A stretch of 64,000 nt of DNA from positions 11,433 through 75,432 of the forward strand of contig JBJKUQ010000014.1 in assembly GCA_045563015.1 (NCBI GenBank), read 5' to 3'. The translations under genes were made by a program, and so were the position numbers. Source of the stretch: Alphaproteobacteria bacterium. GTDB taxonomy: Bacteria; Pseudomonadota; Alphaproteobacteria; Methylaequorales; Methylaequoraceae. The notes under the pieces are model-generated. The model was not told the DNA's origin. It made no database searches and saw only the letters and a list, made by a program, of their open reading frames with translations. Positions 25,389 to 35,273 of this stretch are shown piece after piece (the stretch's first letter is position 1; the number at the start of each line of letters is the position of its first letter).

Positions 25389-27257
25389 ATGAAATTTAGA
25401 GATGGCATCTCAATCATTGTTACTGTCTATAATAAAGAACAGTTTATTTCTAAAACCTTAGAGGCAATAACCCAACAAATGGAAAAAAACTCTCAACTTA
25501 TTGTTATCAATGATGGGTCAACAGATAAGTCAGAATTAGCAATTAAGGAATTTATTAGATCGCAAATTAAAGACATTAAATATGTAAAACAAAAAAATAC
25601 TGGTCCGAGCAAAGCAGTAAACTCTGCCTTTAAATTTGTAAAATATTCCTTTATAAAATTTGTTGATGGTGATGACATAATAAGACCTGACGCGTTAAGT
25701 TACATGAAATCGGAAATGGAAAGGCTAGATTTAGACTTATTATACGGCCACTGGGATTGGAAAAAAAATATTAACAAATTCAAATTTAAAGCCGATAAAC
25801 GTCAGGCTTACATACTAGATAATGCTTTTAAAAAATTCTTGCTAGGAGGCTGGGGTGGCTCCAGTAATATGATGATAAAAACATCCTCCTTTAAAACTGT
25901 TGGATGTTGTGACGAGAATGTTTTTGTTCAGGATTTTTCAATTCCTATAAGAATAGCTGGTTTTCATACTAAAAATGAAAAAAACAAAGCATTTAAAGTT
26001 GGACAAACAAAAAAGTTGATCTGTGTAGGCCCTTCATTTATTGAAAATCGTATAATAAGTAATGATGCCCAACTTCTTTATGATTTATCCCTAGCTACAA
26101 TTAATTTTTTAGAGGAACATCCTCTAATAAATGAAAAGCTTGTAGAGAAATGTAAAAATAAAATTCTATCTAGATGCTGGTCATGGGAAAGGAAAAATAA
26201 GAAAACTTCCATTATTAGTAAATCTTTTCTCAGATATATTTTAAACAAAGTGTTCTGTTATATCTCTTTAGATGTTTTAAGACTAATAGTTCTGAATACC
26301 TGGAAGAACGATGAGAACATAAAAAAAATTTCAAATAATAAAGATGATAAAAAAATATTAGTATATGTTGGTCTAGATCTTCTTGGAGACGGACTATTAA
26401 AACTCCCTTTCTTAAAACATTTAAAAAAGATTTTCCCACAATCCAGAATTACATGGTTTGCAGGTAAAGGAGAATCAACTTTTAATAAACAGTTAAAACC
26501 TTTGGCCAAAGACTTGATATTTAAAGTCAAAGATAACCAAAATTTTGGATCAAGTCTAAAAGATATATTTGTAAATAAGGACTTTGGGGAATATGATATT
26601 ATAATCGACACCCAAAAGAGACTTATAACTACACTTGCTCTTAAAAGAATAAAAACAAAAGTCTTTATTTCCTCATCCTGTAAGTATTTATTTTCTGATA
26701 TTACTCCTGAGGAAAAATCAGAGATTAACTTGAGCAAACAACTTTTATCTTTAGCGAATATATTTTCTAATTCAAAATATGAAATGACAAATGATTTAAA
26801 AAAAAATAAATCAAAAAAAGTTGTTATTTGCCCTGGGGCTTCAGTAGACTGGAAGAGATGGGATATAAAAAATTACATAATTATTGGTAATTACTTATTA
26901 GAAAAAGGCTTTCAGCCAATTTTTATTTTAGGTCCAAATGAAGTAAAATTATCTAAAACTTTGAAAATTTATAATAAATTAAAGATAAAGTCTCACAAAA
27001 TTACAGACCCCATGGAGACAATTAGAATTTCTAAAACTTGCAAATTTGGAATCTCAAATGATACAGGTGGTGGACACCTTATTGCTACATCTGGTATTCC
27101 ATTAATAAGTTTATTTGGCCCAACTAACTATAAAAAATTTGCACCAATTGGAAACCCAAAAAACATTGTTCTTTCATCACAAGAATTATATAACAGTGAT
27201 AGTATTAATAAAATAAACACAAGTGATATAATTTCTGCTATAGAAAGATTTAGCTAG
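25389..27257 (+). CDS. Bifunctional glycosyltransferase: N-terminal GT2 domain fused to a C-terminal GT9 (heptosyltransferase-like) domain
   Basis: 622 aa. GT2: ISIIVTVYNKEQFISKTLEAITQQ..INDGSTDKS..DGDD. GT9-like: ..KILVYVGLDLLGDGLLKLPFL.., ..VICPGASVDWKRW.., ..ISNDTGGGHLIATSGIPLISLFGPTN. Confidence 0.7.
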   Translation: MKFRDGISIIVTVYNKEQFISKTLEAITQQMEKNSQLIVINDGSTDKSELAIKEFIRSQIKDIKYVKQKNTGPSKAVNSAFKFVKYSFIKFVDGDDIIRPDALSYMKSEMERLDLDLLYGHWDWKKNINKFKFKADKRQAYILDNAFKKFLLGGWGGSSNMMIKTSSFKTVGCCDENVFVQDFSIPIRIAGFHTKNEKNKAFKVGQTKKLICVGPSFIENRIISNDAQLLYDLSLATINFLEEHPLINEKLVEKCKNKILSRCWSWERKNKKTSIISKSFLRYILNKVFCYISLDVLRLIVLNTWKNDENIKKISNNKDDKKILVYVGLDLLGDGLLKLPFLKHLKKIFPQSRITWFAGKGESTFNKQLKPLAKDLIFKVKDNQNFGSSLKDIFVNKDFGEYDIIIDTQKRLITTLALKRIKTKVFISSSCKYLFSDITPEEKSEINLSKQLLSLANIFSNSKYEMTNDLKKNKSKKVVICPGASVDWKRWDIKNYIIIGNYLLEKGFQPIFILGPNEVKLSKTLKIYNKLKIKSHKITDPMETIRISKTCKFGISNDTGGGHLIATSGIPLISLFGPTNYKKFAPIGNPKNIVLSSQELYNSDSINKINTSDIISAIERFS

Positions 27258-27308
27258 ACACCTTAAATTTAAAGGCCAGAAATTATTCCTAACTTACAGG
27301 AGATTTAA

Positions 27309-27521
27309 TTGAACATTATAAAATGGATCGGAACTATTTTCGTTCTTATTGGTATTCTTTTGACAAATTTAAACACCTTTCCAATAAATATCTTTTTTCA
27401 TGGATTTGGTGTGATTTTATGGACCACATATGGTTTTTTTCTAAAAGACAAAGCTATAATAACTAACTTTGGTTTTCAAATACCAATCTTCGCCTTCGGA
27501 ATAGTAAACTATTTTACTTAA
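27309..27521 (+). CDS. Small (70 aa) three-TM membrane protein, family not recognised
   Basis: TTG start preceded by AGGAG (27298-27302) at a 6-nt spacing. Three hydrophobic helices. Confidence 0.45.
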   Translation: MNIIKWIGTIFVLIGILLTNLNTFPINIFFHGFGVILWTTYGFFLKDKAIITNFGFQIPIFAFGIVNYFT

Positions 27522-28486
27522 ATTAGACTCTTAAATTGATTAGTTGGCCTTGCACCAAACTGAGTAATAATTTTTGCTGCCGTCTTACATCCAAATTCCG
27601 CTGATTTTTCGAAAGACTCATTTCTTTGTAATTTAAATAAGAGCCCTGCAGCAAACATATCACCCGCTCCAGTAGTATCTATAACATTATTAATTTTCGG
27701 TGCACCAATATTCATAATTTCTTCATTTTTGAATAGCATTACACCCTTGTCACCTTGAGTCATTAAGCCAACATCCACTAAGTTTAAGACATCCTTTAAA
27801 AGTATGTTATGTTTTTCATTTTGAAAAACTTCATAATATTCTTTTTCATTTCCAATCAGAACATCAACCGAATTATCTATGAATTTTAAAAAATCATTTC
27901 TATACATTTTTGCTAAACCCGGATCTGATAATGAAAAAAAAATCTTAATGTCCTTTTTCTTTGAAATTTCAATGGCTTTTTGGATTGCATTTCTTGCACT
28001 AACAGAACTCCAAAGATAACCCTCTATTAAAAGAAAATTTACATCTTGAAAAAATTCTTCCTTAATATCATTTTCCTCAAGAGTTGTACTAGCCCCTAAA
28101 AATGTTTGCATTGTCCTTTCCCCGTCTGGTGTTACTAAAACAAGACATCTTGCTGTCGGTAATCCATTCTCAGATTTTTGACAAAGAAATCTAGTACCTG
28201 CGTTTTGCATGTTTTTTTCAAAGTCAATACCAAGCTCATCATTTTTGACTTTGCCACAAAAGAGTGAGTCTCCTCCTAATATGGAAATACCAACTGTTGT
28301 GTTTGCTACAGATCCACCTGAGTCCTTTTTTTTTGGTATAATATCTGAAATAATTTTATCTGATTCTTCTTGTTCCACTAAAACCATTGACCCCTTATCA
28401 AGCTTATTATTTTTAAGATACTCTTCTGTAGTTTCTGTTAAAATATCGAGAACAGCATTTCCCATACCCAAGATTTTGTTATTCAT
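27518..28486 (-). CDS. PfkB-family carbohydrate/nucleoside kinase (adenosine kinase-like)
   Basis: 322 aa. GNAVLD N-terminus, GGSVANT, C-terminal DTTGAGDMFAAG. Confidence 0.75.
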   Translation of the reverse strand: MNNKILGMGNAVLDILTETTEEYLKNNKLDKGSMVLVEQEESDKIISDIIPKKKDSGGSVANTTVGISILGGDSLFCGKVKNDELGIDFEKNMQNAGTRFLCQKSENGLPTARCLVLVTPDGERTMQTFLGASTTLEENDIKEEFFQDVNFLLIEGYLWSSVSARNAIQKAIEISKKKDIKIFFSLSDPGLAKMYRNDFLKFIDNSVDVLIGNEKEYYEVFQNEKHNILLKDVLNLVDVGLMTQGDKGVMLFKNEEIMNIGAPKINNVIDTTGAGDMFAAGLLFKLQRNESFEKSAEFGCKTAAKIITQFGARPTNQFKSLI

Positions 28487-28584
28487 AAATTTTTTCCTTT
28501 TTTAAAAATTTCTTTTATACTTTAATTTTTATCCATTTTGAAATTATAACTTTAAAATAAAAAAAAAAAATTTTATATAATATT

Positions 28585-29058
28585 ATGGCTAATATATTTT
28601 TAGATCTAACTATCCTTCCCTATAGGAGCCTTTCAAAAAAAGGGTTCAGAAATCTAATGATAGTTGTTTGTACAATTTTCTTTTCCATTGGAGTTTTTTT
28701 TTGGGCTATAGGAGCATGGCCTGTGTTTGGCTTCCTGGGTTTAGATGTTTTGTTATTATATTATGCTTTTAAAATAAATTATAAAAATGGTGAAATATTT
28801 GAAAACCTCAAGATTCTTAATTCAAAGTTAATTGTTACGAGATTCTTTCCATCTGGTAAATCCCAAACATGGAATCTTGAGCCTTATTGGACAAAAGTAG
28901 AGATCTTAAACAAGTCTCCTAATGAGCAAAAGTTAGTTTTAGTATCTAAAGAAAAAGTTGTTTTGTTGGGTTCATTTTTAAATCTTAGTGATAAAAAAAA
29001 AATTAAAGAAAAAATAAATAGAGCCTTAGGTAACCTAAAAAACAATAAGGAAAACTAG
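28585..29058 (+). CDS. DUF2244-type integral membrane protein
   Basis: 157 aa. RSLSKKGFRNLM..., two TM helices, ..GAWPVFGFLGLDVLLLYYAFKINY.., a pattern typical of this alphaproteobacterial family as I recall it. Confidence 0.55.
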   Translation: MANIFLDLTILPYRSLSKKGFRNLMIVVCTIFFSIGVFFWAIGAWPVFGFLGLDVLLLYYAFKINYKNGEIFENLKILNSKLIVTRFFPSGKSQTWNLEPYWTKVEILNKSPNEQKLVLVSKEKVVLLGSFLNLSDKKKIKEKINRALGNLKNNKEN

Positions 29059-29066
29059 TCCTGAAT

Positions 29067-29954
29067 ATTAAAAAGTCAGACTCTTATTTTAGTTACCTTG
29101 CTCTTTTATTTTTATCAGCTGTCTGGGGGAGCTCTTTTATTTTTATTAAATTAAGTGTTGAAACTATTCCACCAACTTTACTCACTAGTTATAGGTTAAT
29201 AATAGCATCTATTTTTTTATTATTTTTTTGTAACCTTAAAAAAATCAAAAAACTTTTTGTTGAGAATAAAACAGACCTTTTCATTATTGGTGTTTTTGGA
29301 AATGTGATACCATTTAATCTAATTAGTTGGAGTGAAATATATATTGATAGCATCATTGCATCAACACTTATTGGTACAATGCCATTATTTACGTTTATAA
29401 TTTCTCTAGCATTATTTAAAAAAAAATTTCAAACTCAAACAATTCTAGGTTTAATGATAGGGTTTGTAGGATTGCTAATATTTTTAAATCCTAAAACTGG
29501 AAGTTACAATAACTTTTTTTACTCATTTGTAATAATAATTGCTTCTATCATGTATGCATTTTCTGCTAATTGGGTCAAAATTTTAAAGAATAAATCCTCG
29601 TTTGAGTTAGCTTGCTGTTCAATCTCTGTAGCTGCATTATTATCACTTCCAACAACATTAATTATATTATATTTTACTGAGTTTAATTTTAATTTATTTA
29701 TTTTGACTTTGAGTAAAAGTAGTTTCGTATCTGCTACAATTCTGGGTGTATTATGCACAGGACTTGCTATTACTACGTTTTTTTACCTGATTAAATTAAA
29801 ATCACCAGTTTTTGCAAGTCAAAGCAATTATCTTATTCCATGTTTTGGCTTTGTTTGGTCCTATATGTTTTTAGGGGAATCTCTATCATTAAATCTATTC
29901 GTCGGTTTAATTTTAATTGTTTCGGGTGGTTATTTTGTTAACAGACAAATTTAG
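29067..29954 (+). CDS. EamA/DMT-family transporter (start codon uncertain)
   Basis: Track ORF begins at a GTG at 29304. The same frame is open from 29049 and encodes canonical EamA N-terminal helices (YLALLFLSAVWGSSFIFIKLSVETIPPTLLTSYRLIIASIF). There is no ATG/GTG/TTG upstream; ATT at 29067 or CTG at 29061 are the only candidates. Confidence 0.6.
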   Translation: MKKSDSYFSYLALLFLSAVWGSSFIFIKLSVETIPPTLLTSYRLIIASIFLLFFCNLKKIKKLFVENKTDLFIIGVFGNVIPFNLISWSEIYIDSIIASTLIGTMPLFTFIISLALFKKKFQTQTILGLMIGFVGLLIFLNPKTGSYNNFFYSFVIIIASIMYAFSANWVKILKNKSSFELACCSISVAALLSLPTTLIILYFTEFNFNLFILTLSKSSFVSATILGVLCTGLAITTFFYLIKLKSPVFASQSNYLIPCFGFVWSYMFLGESLSLNLFVGLILIVSGGYFVNRQI

Positions 29955-30500
29955 CTATTTTTCAAAAGACTTTACTGGTTTTTCACCTACCTCATATTCT
30001 GGATGTTCCATTTCAGGTCTAATTTCTCTGTCATCTGAAACATCATATATAACCTTTATGGCTTTTTGAAACCTTAATCTAGCAGAATCAACGTTTTTTT
30101 CAGCATAACTAACCGATCCACCTAACCATGCATTATCCTCTAACATATTTCCAGCTTGAATTAATAACTCTGATGCTTCAATAAGTGAGTTATGAACTTT
30201 TCTTAGTTTAGTCGAATTAGGAATTTTTAGTTGTCTTAATTCATCAGGCATGCCAAAAGATCTCAAATTACCTTTAACGAGCTCCTCTGCTTCTTTAAAA
30301 TGATCTTCATCAGCTCTGTCATTTCTTAGGTTAAAAGCATCCAAGAGCCTGCCTTGAATTATAATTGCATTTCCTAAATGACCTAATCTTACATCCATTA
30401 TTTTTTTATAATCAATCAAGTCATTTCTTGAAATTTTTTCTTCACAAGAAAAAAGAAATATTCCTAAGAAAATAGTTAAAAAATATTTTAAATTAATCAT
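29955..30500 (-). CDS. Hypothetical lipoprotein
   Basis: 181 aa. Signal peptide plus lipobox (LFLFS|C). No family recognised. Confidence 0.5.
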   Translation of the reverse strand: MINLKYFLTIFLGIFLFSCEEKISRNDLIDYKKIMDVRLGHLGNAIIIQGRLLDAFNLRNDRADEDHFKEAEELVKGNLRSFGMPDELRQLKIPNSTKLRKVHNSLIEASELLIQAGNMLEDNAWLGGSVSYAEKNVDSARLRFQKAIKVIYDVSDDREIRPEMEHPEYEVGEKPVKSFEK

Positions 30501-30504
30501 TATT

Positions 30505-31281
30505 TTATTTTACCATATCCAATATTGAGTATAAACCAGGTTTTTTTCCATACAACCATTTAGCAGCCTTTAATGCGCCATTTGAGAAAATTTTTCTATC
30601 ATTAGCTTTATGCGTTAATTCAATTCTTTCTCCATCCATAAAAAAATAAACTGTATGCTCTCCAATTACATCACCTCCTCTTATTGAGGTAAATGCAATT
30701 TTATGTTTTTTTCTAATTTCGTTTTTTGATTCTTTTCTATAATAATATCCTTTTGAAATTTTTGATCCATCCTTAACTGATTCTGCCAAAGAAATTGCTG
30801 TACCTGAAGGTGTGTCTCTTTTTAATCTATGATGTATCTCTGAAATTTCAATATCTGCTATGCTTGATAAATTTTCTGAAGCAAACTTAACAAGTCTTTT
30901 CAAAATATTAACACCAAAACTCATATTAAAAGACCTAAGAACAACTAAATCTCCAGAGAGTTGTATAAACTTTTTTTCTTGAATTTTTGAAAAACCAGTT
31001 GTTCCAGTAACTAATGCAGTTTTTTTTGTTCTTTTGATCACCTTCAAAAGCTCAATGGTAGCTAATGGCGTTGTAAAGTCAATAATGATATCAGAGTCTT
31101 CTATTAAATTATTAAGATTTGTGTGAACAACTAGATTATTTATTTTTTTCCCAATCATTTGATGTCCTTTCTTTTCGAAAAGACTTGAAATTTTCAAGTT
31201 TTTAAAATTTGAAGACTGTTTTATTACACTTTGCCCCATTCTTCCAGTAGGCCCATAAACTCCTATTCTAACGTCATTCAT
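30505..31281 (-). CDS. dapB: 4-hydroxy-tetrahydrodipicolinate reductase
   Basis: 258 aa. GxxGRMG N-terminus, EIHHRLKRDTPSGTA signature. Confidence 0.85.
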   Translation of the reverse strand: MNDVRIGVYGPTGRMGQSVIKQSSNFKNLKISSLFEKKGHQMIGKKINNLVVHTNLNNLIEDSDIIIDFTTPLATIELLKVIKRTKKTALVTGTTGFSKIQEKKFIQLSGDLVVLRSFNMSFGVNILKRLVKFASENLSSIADIEISEIHHRLKRDTPSGTAISLAESVKDGSKISKGYYYRKESKNEIRKKHKIAFTSIRGGDVIGEHTVYFFMDGERIELTHKANDRKIFSNGALKAAKWLYGKKPGLYSILDMVK

Positions 31282-31290
31282 TTGGCAATA

Positions 31291-32418
31291 TTATGTCAAA
31301 CCATCCCAAAAGTCTTTAACTTTTGAAAAGAAACCAGTGCTCTCCGGACTGTTTTTTTGAGAAAGCTCTTGATTAAACTCTTTGAGAAGTTTCTTTTGAT
31401 TTTCAGATAAATTTTTTGGAATTTCTATACTTAAGGAAATAATCATATCCCCAAAATGTGATGCTCTTATTGTAGGCATCCCTTTACCATTTAGTCTAAA
31501 TTGATCACCATTTTGAGAACCAGCAGGTATTTTAACTTTTACTTTTCCTCCAGATACTGTGGGTACGTCAACTTCGCCTCCAAGTGATGCATCAACTATT
31601 GTAATTGGAACATTACAAAAAATTTCCTCGCCTTCTCTATCAAAAATTGGATGATCGACCATATTTATGAAAAGATATAAATCACCAGGTGTTGATCCAT
31701 TAGGACCAACTGCACCTTCTCCTGAAAGCCTAATTCTACTGCCCTCCTCCACGCCTGCTGGAATTTTGACTTCTAATTTTCTATTTTTCCTTCTTCTGCC
31801 TTCTCCATTACATGATCCACATGGATCTGTAATAACTTGTCCAGCCCCACCGCACGCAGAGCATGTTCTCTCAACTGTAAAAAAACCTTGTGAGGCTCTA
31901 GTTCTTCCTGACCCTCCACAAGCACCACAATTTTTTAATCCACTTCCTTTTTCAGAGCCTGAACCTTTACATGAATCACACCTAATTAATGTATCAAAAG
32001 AAATCTCTTTTCTTATCCCTGTATAAGCTTCCCTTAAATCAACATCAATTTCATATTTCAGATCCTGACCTCTTTGGGGTTGTCTCCTTGAACTTTTTCC
32101 TCCTCCCATGTCTCCAAAAAAATCCTCAAAAATATCAGAAAAACTTCCAAAACCACTAAAACCATCAGAAAACCCTCCACCTGCTCCACCTTGACTAAAA
32201 GCATCATGTCCGTAAGCGTCATAAGCTTGTCTCTTTTCGGAATTAGAAAGCACTTCATATGCTTCCGATACTTCTTTAAATCTTTTTTCAGCGTCACTAT
32301 TACCTGGATTTTTATCAGGATGATATTGCATTGCTAGTTTTCTGTATGCAGATTTTAAAGAACCAGAGTCCGCACCTCGATCTACGCCTAAAACATCGTA
32401 ATAATCTTTTTTAGACAT
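31291..32418 (-). CDS. dnaJ: Molecular chaperone DnaJ
   Basis: 375 aa. J-domain YHPDKNPG, G/F region, four CxxCxGxG zinc motifs. Confidence 0.95.
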   Translation of the reverse strand: MSKKDYYDVLGVDRGADSGSLKSAYRKLAMQYHPDKNPGNSDAEKRFKEVSEAYEVLSNSEKRQAYDAYGHDAFSQGGAGGGFSDGFSGFGSFSDIFEDFFGDMGGGKSSRRQPQRGQDLKYEIDVDLREAYTGIRKEISFDTLIRCDSCKGSGSEKGSGLKNCGACGGSGRTRASQGFFTVERTCSACGGAGQVITDPCGSCNGEGRRRKNRKLEVKIPAGVEEGSRIRLSGEGAVGPNGSTPGDLYLFINMVDHPIFDREGEEIFCNVPITIVDASLGGEVDVPTVSGGKVKVKIPAGSQNGDQFRLNGKGMPTIRASHFGDMIISLSIEIPKNLSENQKKLLKEFNQELSQKNSPESTGFFSKVKDFWDGLT

Positions 32419-32442
32419 TTTTATTATTTTTATGTCGACTCA

Positions 32443-34416
32443 TTAAGCAGACTTTTCTTTATTATCATCATCAGAATCTTTTTTATCTGTGACATCTTCA
32501 AAATCTGCATCAACAACTTTTTCTTCTTTTTTTGTCTTTTTACCTTTATCTTGCTTTGCAGACTTATTAGTTTTAGAACCGTCTTTTTTTTCTTTTTCTG
32601 CTTTCTCCTGAGCTTCTTTGTACATTATTTCACCAAGCTTCATTGAATTTTGAACTAAAGAATCTGTCTTCTCTTTTACTGCAGCAAGGTCTGCCTTTTC
32701 ATCTTTAACTAAAGACTTTAATTCTTCAAGAGATTTTTCTATCTTTTCTTTATCTTCTTTTGGAATCTTTGAGCCATGTTCTTTTAAACTTTTTTCTGTA
32801 CTAGTAATTATAGAATCAGCATTATTTCTTGCCTCAATTTCTTCAATTTTCTTTTTGTCAGACTCTGCATTAGCTTCTGCATCTTTTACCATCTTTTCTA
32901 TTTCGTCATCAGACAATCCACCGGATGCCTTAATTTGAATTTGATGCTCTTTTCCTGTAGCCTTATCCTTAGCTGATACTTTGACTATACCATTGGCGTC
33001 AATATCAAAAGTAACTTCAATTTGAGGCGTGCCTTTAGGGGAAGGAGGAATTCCAACCAAGTCAAACTGTCCTAATAACTTATTGTCGTTAGCTATTTGT
33101 CTCTCTCCTTGAAAAACTCTAATAGTGACAGCAGACTGATTATCGTCTGCAGTTGAGAAAACCTGACTTTTATTTGTTGGGATTGTCGTATTTTTATCAA
33201 TAAGCTTCGTGAAAACACCACCCAAAGTTTCTATACCTAAAGAAAGTGGAGTTACATCCAAAAGAAGAACATCTTTTACATCACCTGACAAAACGCCTCC
33301 TTGAACGGCTGCACCTAAGGCTACAACCTCATCCGGGTTCACGCTTCTATTTGGTTCTTTACCAAAAAATGTTTTTACTGCTTCTATTACTTTAGGAATT
33401 CTAGTCATCCCTCCAACTAAAATTACGTCATTGATCTCACCTGCACTGAGCCCTGCATCTTTCAATGCTTGTTTACATGGTTCAATTGACCTATCAATTA
33501 AATCAGAGACAAGAGATTCAAATTTGGACCTAGTCAATTTAATATTTAGGTGTTTAGGACCAGATGAATCAGCTGTAATAAAAGGAAGATTAACTTCCGT
33601 CTGAGGAGCAGTGGATAATTCAATTTTTGCTTTTTCAGCTGCTTCCTTTAATCTTTGAAGTGCTAACTTATCTTCCTTGAGATCAATTGATTGTTCCTTT
33701 TTAAACTCAGAAGCAAAATAATCTATTAAAACGTTATCAAAATCCTCTCCACCTAATTTTGTATCGCCATTAGTTGCTTTAACCTCAAATACTCCATCAC
33801 CTATTTCAAGAATAGATATATCAAAAGTCCCGCCACCCAAGTCATAAACAGCGACAGTTCCTGCTTTCTTTTTGTCTAATCCATATGCCAAAGCTGCTGC
33901 AGTTGGTTCATTGATGATTCTTTTAACATCCATACCTGCTATTTTTCCAGCGTCTTTTGTGGCTTGTCGTTGTGCATCATTAAAATAAGCAGGGACTGTT
34001 ATTACTGCTTCTTTAACTGGTTTACCAAGAAACTTTTCTGCTGTTTCTTTCATCTTTTGAAGAATCATCGCGCTAATTTCACTTGGAGAATGTTTTTTCC
34101 CAGCAACATCAACCCAAGCATCTTGATTGTCACCTGCTACAATTTTGTATGGCAACACGCTTAAATCCTTTTTTACGGCCGGGTCATCCATTCTTCGGCC
34201 AATTAATCTTTTAATCGCAAAGAGTGTCTTTTCAGGGTTTGTTACAGCTTGGCGTTTAGCAGACTGACCTACTAATGTTTCCTTGTTCTCTGTAAAAGCT
34301 ACCATAGAAGGCGTTGTGCGAGAACCTTCAACATTTTCTATTACTTTTGGGGACTTACCATCCATAATTGCAACACAAGAATTTGTGGTGCCTAAATCTA
34401 TACCAATAATTGACAT
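32443..34416 (-). CDS. dnaK: Molecular chaperone DnaK (Hsp70)
   Basis: 657 aa. [43 protein letters not shown] upstream. Confidence 0.97.
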   Translation of the reverse strand: MSIIGIDLGTTNSCVAIMDGKSPKVIENVEGSRTTPSMVAFTENKETLVGQSAKRQAVTNPEKTLFAIKRLIGRRMDDPAVKKDLSVLPYKIVAGDNQDAWVDVAGKKHSPSEISAMILQKMKETAEKFLGKPVKEAVITVPAYFNDAQRQATKDAGKIAGMDVKRIINEPTAAALAYGLDKKKAGTVAVYDLGGGTFDISILEIGDGVFEVKATNGDTKLGGEDFDNVLIDYFASEFKKEQSIDLKEDKLALQRLKEAAEKAKIELSTAPQTEVNLPFITADSSGPKHLNIKLTRSKFESLVSDLIDRSIEPCKQALKDAGLSAGEINDVILVGGMTRIPKVIEAVKTFFGKEPNRSVNPDEVVALGAAVQGGVLSGDVKDVLLLDVTPLSLGIETLGGVFTKLIDKNTTIPTNKSQVFSTADDNQSAVTIRVFQGERQIANDNKLLGQFDLVGIPPSPKGTPQIEVTFDIDANGIVKVSAKDKATGKEHQIQIKASGGLSDDEIEKMVKDAEANAESDKKKIEEIEARNNADSIITSTEKSLKEHGSKIPKEDKEKIEKSLEELKSLVKDEKADLAAVKEKTDSLVQNSMKLGEIMYKEAQEKAEKEKKDGSKTNKSAKQDKGKKTKKEEKVVDADFEDVTDKKDSDDDNKEKSA

Positions 34417-34651
34417 TATATGCTCCTTTTCTTCCTTTAAAAATTGTTGGACAGAATTTTTTAATAGCCCTTAAAGGCACTATTAAAAAACTGTTATTAA
34501 GCTACTAATTTATATTATAAAATAATTAAGTAGATCAAGAAAAAAATGAAAATTTTTATAAAAACATTGGGCAAAACTAAGAAAATATCTTTAAGACAAA
34601 ATATATTCCTGGCATCCCAGATAACTCAAAGATTTATGTCCTTGAGAAGAT

Positions 34652-35263
34652 TTACCCAACCTTTCCTTCCTTTTTTGGCCCCATTGAAACGACTACCATT
34701 GCCGGTCTAAGTAATCTTTGGTCTATTTTGAATCCTTTTTGCATTTCTTCAACAATTATTCCCTCTTCTTTCTCACTATTCACTTTTGAAACTGCTTGAT
34801 GAAGCTCTGGATCAAACTTTTGATTCAAGGACTCAAAAATTGTAACTCCATTTTTTTCAAGAGCGTCCAAAAGTTCTTTTTCTATTGCCTTGATACCAAT
34901 CACTAAATTTTTAACAACAGAGTCGTCTTTTTTTTCATTTCCAGGAATTGAATTTAAAGCCCTCTGAAAATTATCAACAGCAGGTAAGAGTGAATAAGAG
35001 AGATTTTTTATAGCATATTTTGAACTATCCTCAATTTCTTTTTCATGCCTCTTCCTGAGATTATCGTTTTCTGCTAACGATCGCAAAAGCTTATCTTCAA
35101 TATCTTTAAGTTTAGTTTTAAGTTCGAAAATAAGGCTTTCCGATTCATTCTTACCTTTTTTTGATGAACCTTTATGGTTATCTAAATTTGATTTTCCCTT
35201 TATGTTATTTTTTATTTCTTTGTTTTCTTCTTTATTTTTAACTGATCTATTGTCTTTTTCCAA
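34652..35263 (-). CDS. grpE: Nucleotide exchange factor GrpE
   Basis: 203 aa. Coiled N-terminus, ..DPELHQAVS.., ..GFKIDQRLLRPAMVVV. Confidence 0.9.
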   Translation of the reverse strand: MEKDNRSVKNKEENKEIKNNIKGKSNLDNHKGSSKKGKNESESLIFELKTKLKDIEDKLLRSLAENDNLRKRHEKEIEDSSKYAIKNLSYSLLPAVDNFQRALNSIPGNEKKDDSVVKNLVIGIKAIEKELLDALEKNGVTIFESLNQKFDPELHQAVSKVNSEKEEGIIVEEMQKGFKIDQRLLRPAMVVVSMGPKKEGKVG

Positions 35264-35273
35264 TTAAAACTCC

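Noticed and set aside
34461-34486. Inverted repeat upstream of dnaK considered as a CIRCE/HrcA operator
   Set aside because: It does not resemble TTAGCACTC-N9-GAGTGCTAA. It is kept only as a generic hairpin.
34547-34714. ~55-codon plus-strand ORF starting in the dnaK-grpE spacer
   Set aside because: It runs antisense into the grpE 3' end, has no SD, and has the composition of random AT-rich sequence.
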